DNA of 64,000 nt. It comes from Isurus oxyrinchus (lineage: Eukaryota). Position 1 is the first letter of the stretch. Each line of letters starts with the position of its first letter. The stretch lies in the NCBI GenBank assembly GCA_026770705.1, contig JANJGN010000006.1:39246001-39310000 (forward strand), written 5' to 3'. A program made the position numbers and the translations under genes. Below are positions 1 through 11,680 of the stretch, in pieces. The notes beneath the pieces are model-generated. The model saw only the letters and a program-made list of their open reading frames with translations, did not search any database and was not told where the DNA came from.

Positions 1-759
1 CGTTACCCATGTACTTAACTTTTTTTGTTTTTACTTCCTTCCAATCTAACCAATGTCCTGTGCTCAGATTTATGAAATAACTATACAGTGCATTAGTCAG
101 CATAATCAGCTACAAAATCTCCTTTCCCTCTGTGGTTGCTCAATGCCACTGAACTGTAGCACTTCCCAAAGGACATGCAAACCCTCAATGGTGACCAGTA
201 GGTTCTTGTTCCTTCCTGGCTGCTATTACTTGCTCCTGCTCACCTTTCTGACTTTATCTATGCAAGCTCGCTTCTCAAGGATTTGTGCAGCTTGTGTTGG
301 TGCTTTGAAACATTGCAACATGCCGTGAGGTCCTGTCTTGTCCTGGTCCCTCGCCATTGCTTTCAGGCTGCTGTTTCCAGTCTACAATAACAGAGAAGTG
401 ACTAACACAACATTGCTGTTTTCAAAAGATATTTTCCAACAGAATCCATGTTACACAATGATATTTATATTGTTTGTGTGGTGTGTGCATATATGAGTGG
501 GAGTCAATGAGACTGAGAACAAGAAGTAAGAACTGGATGTTATTTTGAGAATATCTATGGCTTCATCCTCCCTTGTCCCCTCCATGCTCTTATAGGCCAA
601 ATTGTCCAATTGGCTTCCTAACGGTGAGTAAAGGATTTGTAATTTGAGGCCCACATTCTGTTTATGCCTGTTCGTTTGAATTAGGTACTGTCTTGGGAAA
701 GCAGAGAAATAGTCTCAACTTGTAAGTTGAAGGAGCGCAGTGTTCGTGGCAGACATATT

Positions 760-1485
760 GGGTGGAACTTATGGCCCCCCAGAAGCAAGTTTGGTGCAGG
801 GGGCCATTTGATCAGGCAGGAGGATACAGGGTGGGTAGCTTGCTACCTCCACCCAATTAAGTTTGGACCAGGAAGGCTAATGGATTGCTTTCCCACACGA
901 ACACTTATTGAGGTGCTTAAGTGGGCAATTAATGCTCACTTAGGGTCTTGATCTCACCACCGCTGGTAATCAACTAGCGGGGGGAAGGGGACTTGTCATG
1001 CGGGGAGACTGGCAAACAAACCCCACACCTCCTTGGGGGTGATCCCTCATTCAAAAGTATTCGAAGGCACGCCTGATAGAGGTACCTGGCATCGGGAAGG
1101 TGGGGCGCACTGAAAGCCAATCCCCCTATTCCCCAGCCTGCAATCCCCTACCTGTGACCGCCACCCTCTCCTGTCCTCACCACATGTGGCCTGAGTCCTT
1201 TGGTGATCCTAGGCCTTCTCCCTGGGTGCTATATCGGTGGCAGTCGTGACTCCCAGTGGTACTGCCGGCATTGGAGAGCTGCTGGCCTCTAATTAGCTGG
1301 CAGCTCTTGGCAGGCAGGATTGGTGCCCCCACGGCCCTAAAACCCAGGGAAGGCCCGATGCTGACAGTTAAATGCCTGACTGGCACTTAATTCCACCTGG
1401 CCTTCCTCAACAGAGACGACGCGGGACAACTACCTGTTCTCCAACTGGCAAGTGAGGCCCCTGTCACCAAGCTTAAATTCCGCCC
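760..1485. mobile_element. Non-autonomous DNA transposon (PIF/Harbinger-like MITE, family B)
   Basis: Imperfect TIRs gggtggaactta / taaattccgccc; 3-bp flanks ATT/GTT; internal motif ccagtggt..gagctgctggcctct..ttagctggcagctctt shared with 16089-16782. Confidence 0.6.
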
Positions 1486-2611
1486 GTTGAAGCCACAGCC
1501 CACCATGATTCCCATTAAGTCATGATCATCATGTAGCTAAGTTCTATTACAATGCTTTCCCCAATTTGAGGAACGTGTTGATCCAATAAAAGGAGCACTT
1601 TGATCCAGGTTGTTTTAGGATTATATGAGTCATATTTAAACAGAAGTTTTTCTCTTTTTAATTGGTGTATTGCATCAGTATACAGGAGTGATATTGGTTT
1701 GAGTCTGGTGATTTTTTAAAACAGCATTGCTGTTTATACGGTATAAGAATGCTTTTGAAGATCTGTGCTGAGACTTGCAATTGTAATTTAAATCTATAAG
1801 ATTATGTGAGCTTGACAAGGTTGCTGCATCAAACGTGAAACAGATTTCCTGCTGACACTTTGTGGCATCTGTGGGTGAGCCGTGTGGCTGGTGAATAGGA
1901 CCATTAGCAGGGCAGCATCTTCTGCATCAGTTCCCAGGTTTTGAAGGCTGTGTGAACAGAATTGAGTCTGGCTGCTGCCTCCTGACATGCTTTCTCTGGA
2001 AATAGTTCCCTGGGATAATACAGAGCAACACCCCTCACAAGCTTCCATGCAGCAGCAAATCCACTTCCCCAGCCACGAAACACAGAGTTTCAGTGTTGCT
2101 TTGATCCAACCCATCTCCACTTCCCTCCTCCAAGTCTATTATTACCAGTCACTGGGAGTTTCTTGCAACCTTTTTTTTCTTCAAGCAGCTTTTAGGAAAG
2201 CAAAATATCTGTGACAAATTATTTCCCACCCTTTTAGAAAGACCAGCGCTGTTTTTGTCCCCAATGTGACTATTTTTAAGTAGCCATATACTTTTAAATG
2301 TTTTTATTTGCTTTACCAACAGCCCTTTAAAGGGCAAGTACTCATCTGCTTTCAGCCACACACACACATAGGAGATGCAGAATAGGGTGGCTAATCTAGC
2401 AAAAAGTGCAGAGGTGTGCAATAATGATGAAGAATTGAGCCTGTTATATAAGGGTAACGAAGTAAATTGCGGGTAGTGTACTTGATTGATCAGCTTCTCA
2501 TAATACAAGAGGACTTATCATAAATTCAGGTTAAATATTACCTCGCAGCACAAAATAAATGAATGATAATTGCTCCAAAGTTGAATTGGCTGTATGAAAG
2601 AAACTTGCACA

Positions 2612-2712
2612 CAAGAAACAAAATTGCTGGAATACTCAACAGGTCAGTCAGTATCCATTGGGAAAGAAATGGAGTTAACCTTTCAGGTTAATGACCTTTC
2701 ATCAGAATTGGC
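2612..2712 (-). mobile_element. Penelope-like terminal-repeat fragment with minimal hammerhead ribozyme core
   Basis: Minus strand reads CTGATGA-aaggtcattaacct-GAAA-ggttaac, then a tail similar to those at 4650-4765 and 62975-63050. Confidence 0.6.
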
Positions 2713-4139
2713 CAATTAATCCAAAGTGGATGGTCTCGCTTTCCTCACATTGAATTGCCATGGTTTTACCTACGTTATTATTCTGTTTTAACTTTCTGCT
2801 CCTATCTTTACAACAGACTGTGCTTCCTAACTTAATATTATTTGCAAAGATAGATGTACAACTTAATGAGAATGAAATTGAAACCTATTACTCCCCTTCT
2901 AGCAGTTATACAGAACGCTGCCTGGGCTGCTGGCTGCACAATCCAAACAGCATTCTCCATTGACACTGGCACATGCAGCTGCATCCCCTGCGTTCGACTG
3001 AACACATTGAATTGGTGCAATCTTGATACCACACAGCCCAACTGGTTGATGTGATGCCAGTGTTCCGGTTTTGATACTCCAGAACTTGGCAATCTCTGTG
3101 TTATCCACTCCTGGGAAAGAGGTGTGAAACAGCAAGATGGGCCCTGCGGCAGTGTTACTTAACCAGCCACATGCCCTGATTGCTGCTAAGTTACATTTTT
3201 GGAACCTTTTCCTTTGGAAAGTGGCTGAAATTACTTGGGAATGTTTTTGGTCGTGTCTTGGTGCAGATAGTATTGCTGCATCCTCACAGGTGGAGGAGTA
3301 GGTGATCTGTCCATACAAAGGCTGCAACAGGTACAAGGACAGCAGTGCCATGCCAGTGCCTCTGGATCTGCAGCACGACAGGGAGATGGAGCAGAGGCTG
3401 CAAAGAGGGCAAAGTCTGTGTCATGCCCTCTGCCAAGTTGGAGCCCATCAGTGGTAGGAGACTGCCTGGCAGGCCAACCAATATACCGAGGATCTCAGTA
3501 TCCATACCTATCTGTGTCCTCCTGTATGCTGACCCATCAAGGTTCTTATCTGAGTCTTCTCTGCAGCAGTATTCATTCTCCTCTCCACACTCCGGTGTGC
3601 TAGTAAGTGAACCATCCTTTCACACTGGACTGATTGTAGCCCACATGAAACTGGTGACTTACCGTGTGCTGATCCCAACTCTATATTTACATCCAAGGTA
3701 TGTGCAATGCCAGTGTCAGGGCCGGTTGCAGGGCCTTTTCACCAGTGCAATGCAGTTGCTCTCCCTCTTTCTCCTTTGGTTGCTGTGACTGGAAAAGCAG
3801 CAGTCCTTAGGCGTCAGAAAGCAGGAAATCAGAAGGGGGTTGGGGTGCGAAGCAAGAGGTTCATGGCCACACCATTAACAGCTTGCACTTTATGCTAAGT
3901 ATGAGAGTTTGCTGAGAATTGAAAAAAGTCATAAGACTGAAACATATGGTCATCTTCAACGTTCTCAGTGACATCAGATGCCATCACAGCTGGCACCATG
4001 ATGCTGGAAGCCATTTCCTCTGTAGGGCTCAGGAAATGTTTTATTCTTTCAGGAGATGAGCATTGCTGGTAAGGTCAGCATTTGTTGCTCATTGCTGGTG
4101 GTGGTAGACTCCTTGTTATTCAAGTGTGTTCAAGCTGAA

Positions 4140-5015
4140 ATTAACTCCATCGTTTTCTGTGCATCCTCTCGTGACTGAAGAGTCTGATGTGAGATCGGCA
4201 CAGACGTCCACAGAACTGGCAGTTCATGTTGTTGTCATTGTTGCTTCTACAGCTGTACCACCTCTGGCCACCTACTGGGCACATTATGTGTGTTGCATGT
4301 TTGGCTTAGATGGTCCTTGAAGCATGCTGAATTAAGTTTCAGTGTTTGCCTCCAAATGGGCCAGGCGCCTGCAGTGTCCTCCCAAAAGAGGTGGCCTCTA
4401 ATGCAGAAGTTTATAAGGCTCTTTTATTGACCACCTTGTTGTTGTTTGCGCTGAGAGAGTTCCTCATAGAATATCTGCTTCGGGATTCTGTAGCCATCCA
4501 TGCAGGGGACACGGGCCTGCTCATCTAACATGAATTTTCTGGAATAAAAATAAAAATACCTGGAAAAACTCAACAGGTCTGACAGCATCTGTGGAGAGGA
4601 ACACAGTTAATGTTTTGAGTCCGTATGACTCTGTTAAAGAGTCATACAGACTCGAAACGTTAACTGTGTTCCTCTCCACAGATGCTGTCAGACCTGCTGA
4701 GTTTTTCCAGGTATTTTTATCTTTGTTTTGGATTTCCAGCATCCACAGTTTTTTGCTTGAATTTTCTGGAGACTGGTCTCCAGGCTGTTAAGCCCAGCAC
4801 AGTGAAGGAGCTCATTGTTTGTGATTTTGTCCTGCCATCAATTTCTCATGATAGACCTCAGGTGTCTTTGGTGAAAGTATTCCAGAGCTTTGATGTGGCA
4901 GTGTACAACAGGATGGTAAGGACAATGGCCTGGTAGAGTTTGATTTTAGTCTTCAGTTTAATGCAATGTTGCTTCCAGACATGTTCATGGAGTTCGCTGT
5001 TGGCAGAATTTGCTT
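4140..5015 (-). mobile_element. RTE-clade LINE 3' fragment (decayed), interrupted at ~4543-4765
   Basis: Minus-strand translations include VWKQHCIKLKTKIKLYQAIVLTILLY and a C-terminal C2H2-like motif CQFCGRLCRSHIRLFSHERMH, typical of RTE ORF ends. Confidence 0.7.
4543..4765. repeat. Fold-back (inverted duplication) of a Penelope-like terminal repeat; ~185-bp palindrome
   Basis: Near-perfect ~90-bp inverted arms 4543-4727 centred at ~4635; right arm runs into the tail gatttccagcatccacagttttttgctt. Confidence 0.75.
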
Positions 5016-6864
5016 TACTCATCCCAAATTGCCCTTGAGTAGGTAGTGGTGAGGCATCGTTGTCCTGCTCTACTCCCTTCTATTATGAGCCACCTTGTCC
5101 TGCAAGAGAGAGGGGAGAATGTTAGTGGTTGTGTAGTGCTGTGTTTCGATGATATGCCTGTCATAGCTAAATAGCTGAGGTGTGTAGAAGCAGTGAGAGG
5201 TGGATGTGAAGCTGGCAGCATTGGTCAGTATGAGTTTGATGGGCCAAATGGCCTACTCCTGTTCCTATTTCTTCTGATCTTATGATTCCTCTGCCTGCCC
5301 TGGTATTCAGTTCATAAGAATTTCTATTGAAACAAATTTTTGTGCAGCTTCCCTTTAAGTGACAGTCCACTTTTAAGAAAGAGCAAGCTGCCTGTACCAC
5401 ATGATCTGCAACAACATTGCCTACACCTCCTACTGTCTGTAGAGCTCAACAGCAGCAATAAGGAGAGAACAGCATCGGAGGTACAGGAACTAATACCAAA
5501 ATCATTCAGCTGAGATGGGCAGATGAGTTTTGCATCTTACTCACCTTGATCTGAACAGGTGTGCTGTGAATTATGACCCTTACCAAAAATCAGGCCACAT
5601 AAATTTTGAGCCTTATATCCTTTTATCTAAATCATTGATATGAATAATAAAACGCTGAGGCCACAGCACAAATCCCAAGGGGAAATTAAGTTGTCACAAC
5701 TCACCAATCAGAGTACACTGACTTTATCCTTACTCTCTGTCTCCTATCTCTCAATTGACCCAATGGCACAAGGTGACCTCAAATTTCATGTGCTTTCATT
5801 TTTCCTAATAACCTTGTGTGGAACCTCATCAAATGTCTTCTGGAAGTCCATGCAGACAATATCCACAAATAGTCTCCTACCCAAGTTAATGATCTCTATA
5901 TATAATTCAATTAAATTAGTCAGACATGAACTACCCTTTGGAAATCCACAGACTATTGTCATGGACAGAATTTATGGTGTTTTCTTACTGTTGGTGATCA
6001 ATGTTTTATATTTGAGGTGTGGTGTATTTTTGCCCTCAGATTGATTGCCTCAATTTAAATAGTCCCAGCAGCAAGCCATTTTGTGAGTATAAAAATAAAG
6101 AAAGTTATTTATTATCTCACACTTCCCCCAGAGGTTTAAAATGTCTCATATACACATGACTCACACACACTATCACTCACACAAAGACTAGATACAGATG
6201 ACGAAAAGAAAACCATTATAATGTATAATTGTCTCAGTCTCTCTTTCATGGCAGGCCTGTAGTATCTTAGATGAGTTGATGCTTTTAGTTGGAGCAAAGG
6301 TCTTATAACCAGAAGTTTCTCAGTAAACTGCAATGCTTCTTATAGTTGAATTTCCAGGAGGTTGGTTCTCAGGTGAAATTGAAATTCAAACAGGTTGGGG
6401 GAGTCCTTCTTTCACTTTCAAGGTATTGCTGTTTATTACCTTTGCTGCTTAGATGACTGCAGCTGGTTCGATGGCTTTCTGATAGTTTCTCTGTCTCTGC
6501 AGAGCTGATCCTTGTGGTTTTAAAAACAGGCATCAGACATAGTTGGCTCACCAATGTGACCAAGTCCAAAGTCCTTTTCTAAATAAGATGGGTGGCCAGG
6601 TCAATTATACATCCTGTGTGATGACTTTCACACCTTAAGAGTTTGAGATAGACTTTCACACCTTAAGACTGTATCTGAATGACTCACTCAATTTGAAATC
6701 AGCTGTTTGAATTAGTTTCAGGAAAAAGGCATTGAATCAATATTAGTCTGGAAAATTCCTTTTGTTCCCTCTTGAAATGGGAATGTTTCAATCCACAAGA
6801 GATTGAAACAGGTGATCCTTGGTTGGCCACCTTTTTACAGTCTTTTGTGAGTTTAAAAAATATT

Positions 6865-7566
6865 GGGCAGGATTTTCCCATCGGTGAGCGGGACAGGGCC
6901 CGCTCGCCGACGGGTAAAATGACGCACGGTGACGTCGGGCGGATCTCCTGATGTCACCGCGCCCCATTTAAATTTTCAGGTAGGTAGGAGCACAGCAAAA
7001 TCAGCTATCCTCCTGCCAACCTGTCAATGGCCAATTGAGGCCATTGGTAGAGTCATTTAGTTAATTAATGGACCTGCCCGTCCAACCTTAAGGCTGGCGA
7101 GCAGGCCAGGAGCTCCGGCGGGAATTAGAAAAAACGTGAAACCTCATCCACAGGTGGGATGAGGTTTTATGTAGGGTTTTTAAAAATTTTATTAAAGTTT
7201 TTGTAAAAATTATGGACATGTCCCAACTCATATGACAGTGTCACATGAGAGGACATGTCAGGGATTTGTTTTCTTTCCATTTTTAATATTTGTTACAGAA
7301 CAGCCGATCTCCCTGAGGCAGCACTTAGCCTCAGGGAGATGAGTGCTCTCTTTCCTGCGCGAAAGACCACACTCTCGATTTAGGGATTCACCCCCCGCCC
7401 GCACAGGGAATGCATAGCGCTTCCATGCAGATGTCACGCTGGGTGGGCCATCATTGGCCTGCCCACGTAAAATGGTGCTGCGCCTCGATTGGGGGCGCCA
7501 ATCGGAAGCACACCTGTGTGCGCCTGCTATTCAACTTTGCCCCCGACGGGGGTAAAAGTCCTGCCC
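6865..7566. mobile_element. PIF/Harbinger-like MITE, family A
   Basis: TIRs gggcaggatttt / aaaagtcctgccc; alignable along its length with copies at 15439, 27081, 57141, 57791 and 58732. Confidence 0.8.
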
Positions 7567-9159
7567 ATGAAGTATGGACTGAGAGTTCATGATATACTGG
7601 AGCATGACATTATATATGAAATATATTCTACATAAATTAAAACACAATTCATCAAGTTAAAACTTTGCAGTAATACTTTTTAAGAATTCGTTTTAAGGGA
7701 AAACAATAGCCGCAAAGGATATTAACCAAACAGATATAGAAAAAAATCCTTGAAGTCTTCAAATTTGGCCTGATGTCTAGTCCATGGCTGTGAACAAACG
7801 TCCAGGAAAGAGCTCTTAAAGCAGAATCTGCAGTTTCCTGCAGTAACTAATCTGCTTCTGCTGGCTACTAGTTAATCATCATCCTACTCCTGCTGTTGCA
7901 GGCTTATTAATGTCCCTCATCCATACTTGTGTCTCTCATTGTAGCATATTGTAGGACACCCCTAGACTGATCCAGCTAGTTCACCGATTGTATGATAGCT
8001 TTGCTGCTTCTGCCTCTGGGATTAATCTTTATGTATACTGTTTATCTAGTGTTAGGTATTTGTTTTGTGGTGTTATAACCATGTTTTGAGCACGTAACCC
8101 ATATCCCTGAGTGACCATTCATAAGGCTTATTCTGACTCTGAAACAGCAAGGAAGCCGGTAAGTTCATGAGGTTAATATTCTGCCTTTGTCCCTGGAAAA
8201 CATACCACGAATACCCAATCCTTTTCGTTTGGTTACACACAGTTTTGAAGCTCAGAAAGTGATTACCTTTTCCATTAATAAATGCATGGGATTTTCTACA
8301 GATGCTTGTATGATCAAATGATTGTAATTGTTGACACCCTGCACTACTTGGAATGCTGTACACCTTGGATAGGGGTGTTGTGGTTGTTGCAGCATCTTAG
8401 TACTGAACTTGTCTCATCATGAGCATGTCAAAGTAGTAGATCTGTAATGTAGTAGTAATGCACAACCTGAGAAAATCATTTATAAAGTCCAATGCTGATG
8501 TGGTATAAAGTTTGAATCCTGTTGTCACTTTTCAGCTACTTCAAGTGATCAGTACTGACACTGCTTTATCGTCACATATCAGATTCCAGGAAATGACACA
8601 ATTCATAAATGTCATCGCTGGTGGGATGTAGTACCCTCATGCAAGTTGAGATGACTCAAATCCTAGCAGTAGACATTCTGGCTGAGAGGGTAGTGATAGT
8701 CCTTCCGTTATGATCTCGTCAGCCCCCCCTCCTTTCTCTTATTCCTTCCCTAGCATTTCCAAAGTGAGTTTTGCTGCTGGATACACTGAAACACGTTACT
8801 ACTTTGTATTATGACATAAATTCACTGCTGCCGTGCTCCAGGGGGAGAGCTGTGATCCAAGGGAGTGAGAGTGAGAAAATTGTTGTAACCCTGGCTTAGA
8901 AATTCCTCTCCTGGCTTCCTTAGTGTGGATCTGGGACAGTACATAACCCATAGTGACATGTGGGTGGGCTGCTGACTCTGTCTAGAATTTTGGGCCTTTG
9001 GGAAGCTGTGCCATTTTTGACACTCCTTCCTTGGACAACCCTTTGGCAAATGAATGAAGGAATATCACACCATAACTGTGTTGGTTGTGCTAGATGAAGA
9101 TCTTTCCAAAAGACTTTCATGTTTGAAATTTAAAATTTGCTATTAAAATTACGCAGGCT

Positions 9160-9500
9160 TCAAGGCATGTTTACAGAATAGATAGGGAGAAACTGTTCCC
9201 ACGCTTGAAAGGATCGAGAAAGAGGGAGCACAGATTTAAGGTAATTGGCAAAAGAAGCAAAAACAAGCAGTGAGTGGTTAAGGTCTGGAATGCACTGCCT
9301 GAGAGTGTATGGAGGCAGATTCAATCGAAGCATTCAGAAGGAAATTAGACTGTTACCTGAAATGGAAGAATGTGCAGGGTTACAGGGAGAAGGCAGGAAA
9401 ATGGTACCAAGTGAGTTGCTCATTCAGAGTTCCGATGTAGACAAAATGTATCTCACATGGTGCAGGTCTCCTTCTGCGCTGCAACAATTCTGTAATTCTG
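9160..9500 (+). mobile_element. CR1 LINE 3' end fragment
   Basis: Resembles the 3' end of the CR1 at 56750-57140 (gatagggagaaactgttccca ... tctggaatgcactgcctgagag); short tandem tail aattctgtaattctgtg. Confidence 0.6.
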
Positions 9501-10012
9501 TGAGGCTCCAGGATTAGGTGCTTCATGCAAGTGTACATAGTGTTGCACGAGGGTGTGGAGTTGGGGGTGTTGGGATGGGTGTGTGATAAATGTTAAACTG
9601 GTGGCATTTCTGGGAGATGGTATTACATCAGTCCCATGGCTTTCTGTAACACCAGCACAGAAAATGCTGTGGATGCAAGAAGCACATGACCTATCAGCTG
9701 GAATTTTGAGCAGGTCAAAAAAAGGGATAGAAATTCAATGTACCAGGGTCTGACCCAGATCGGTCCCTTAGCAGATAACAGCTTTGTTCCATTATGGTCC
9801 AGGAATGTTGGGGTCCCTATCTCCAACAGGCACACTCTTGAAGCACAATTCACTGCCGAGAGTGTGGGATTGTTGAGCTCACCCTCATGTCTTTATATGC
9901 TCAACCACTGCTGGCACCCTTGAATGCTGCCTTTTAATAGGTTTAATAACACAATCTGCTTGCAAAGTTGGGCTTGAGAAATTTTGAATGTTTTTCAGTC
10001 CATTGTGGAGTT

Positions 10013-10386
10013 TTACATGGAGCTGGTGTACTTGGTCACTGCCTTTGTTCCTTCCGACACGGCGTGCTTGGCCAGTTCCCCGGGCAGCAGCAGGCGCAGG
10101 GCGGTCTGGATCTCCCGGGAGCTGATGGTGCTGCGCTTGCTGTAACGGGCCAGGCGGGAAGCCTCACCCGCGATGCGCTGGAAAATATCGTTCACGAACG
10201 AGTTCATGATGCTCATGGCCTTGGAGGAGATACCGGTGTCGGGGTGAACCTGCTTCATCACTTTGTAGATGTAAATGGGGTAACTCTCCTTCCTCGACCT
10301 TCGTCGCTTCTTCCCGCCCTTTGTTGATGGTTTCTTTAAGGTTTTCTTGGCTCCCTTCTGGGAGCTGTTTTCTTCTTATCAACCAT
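10013..10386 (-). pseudogene. H2B: Histone H2B pseudogene (1-nt deletion after codon 9)
   Basis: Restoring one A near 10358 gives [79 protein letters not shown]...[12 protein letters not shown]. No other histone gene nearby and no canonical 3' stem-loop seen. Confidence 0.92.
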
Positions 10387-10624
10387 CTTCAGTTTCAGAC
10401 ATATGAACCACATTTAATTGCTGCTTAACAAAGACACAGCAAGCAAACCATCATGGTGCCAGATTTGTTATTAACTTGCACAGCAAGTGTTGGTTGTTAC
10501 AAATGTGAGATTTATAAGATTATTATATTTGGAACTGTAGCTTTAAATTTATGGTAAATGAAAGGAATCATGTGACCACTCCTGGCATATGCCTGACAGT
10601 AAGGCTGGCTAGTTTGATTGTTTT

Positions 10625-11680
10625 TTTTTAATTCATTCATGGGATGTGGACATCACTGGCTAGGCCAGCATTTATTGCTCAAGCCTAATTTCCCTTGAAA
10701 AGTTGGTGGTGAGCTGCTTTCTTGAACAGCTGCAGCCCATGTGGTGTAGGTACACCCACAGTGCTGTTAGGGAGGGAGTTGTAGGATTTTGACCGAGCAA
10801 CAGTGAAGGAACAGTGATATTTTTCCAAGTCAGGATGGTGAGTGACATTAAAGGGAGCTTCCAGGTGGTGATGTGCTTATGTGTTTGCTGTCCTTGTCCT
10901 TCTAGATGGTAGTGATCCTGGGTTTGGAAGGTGCTGTCTAAGGAGCCTTGGTGAGTTCCTGAAATGCATCTTGTAGATGGTACACACTGCTGCTACTGTG
11001 CATCGGCGGTGGGGATAGTGAATGTTTGTGGATGTGGTGCCAATCAAGTGGGTTGCTTTGTCCTGGATGGTGTCAAGCTTCTTGAGTGTTGTTGGATTTG
11101 CATTCATCCAGGCAAGTGGAGAGTATTCCATCACACTCCTGACTTGGGCCTTGTAAGTGGTGGACAGGGCTTAGGGAGTCAAGAGGTGAGCTACTTGCCA
11201 TAGGATTCCTAGCCTCTGACCTGCTCTTGTAGCCACAGCATTTATGTGGCCAGTCCAGCTCAGTTTCTGGTCAATGGTAACCCCCAGGAGGTTGATAGTG
11301 GGGAATTCAGTGATGGTTATGCCATTGAATGTCAAGGGGTGATGGGTAGATTCTTTCTTGTTGGAGATGGTCATTACTTGGCATTTGTGTGGTGCGAATG
11401 TTACTTGCCATTTGTCAACCCAAGCCTGGATGTTGTCCAGGTCTTGCTGCATTTGGACATAGGCTGCTTCAGTATCTGAGGAGTGACGAATGGTGCTGAA
11501 CATTGTGCAATCATCAGCGAACATCCCCACTTCTGACCTTATGATGGAAGGAAGGTCATTGATGAAACAGCTGAAGATAGTTGGGCCAAGACACTACTCT
11601 GAGGAACTCCTGCAGTGATGTCCTGGAAATGATTGACCTCCAACAACAAATACCATCTTCCTTTGTGCTAGATGTGACTC
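10625..11680 (-). mobile_element. CR1/L2-group LINE 3' fragment (second family)
   Basis: RT motif GMFADDCTMF, WQVTFAPHKCQ, LGVTIDQKLSW, MEYSPLAW; same family as 30510-31515 and 24955-25270. Confidence 0.85.

Noticed and set aside
2760-3900. Cluster of overlapping 60-150 aa ORFs
   Set aside because: No recognisable protein motif or exon structure; probably decayed repeat or chance ORFs.
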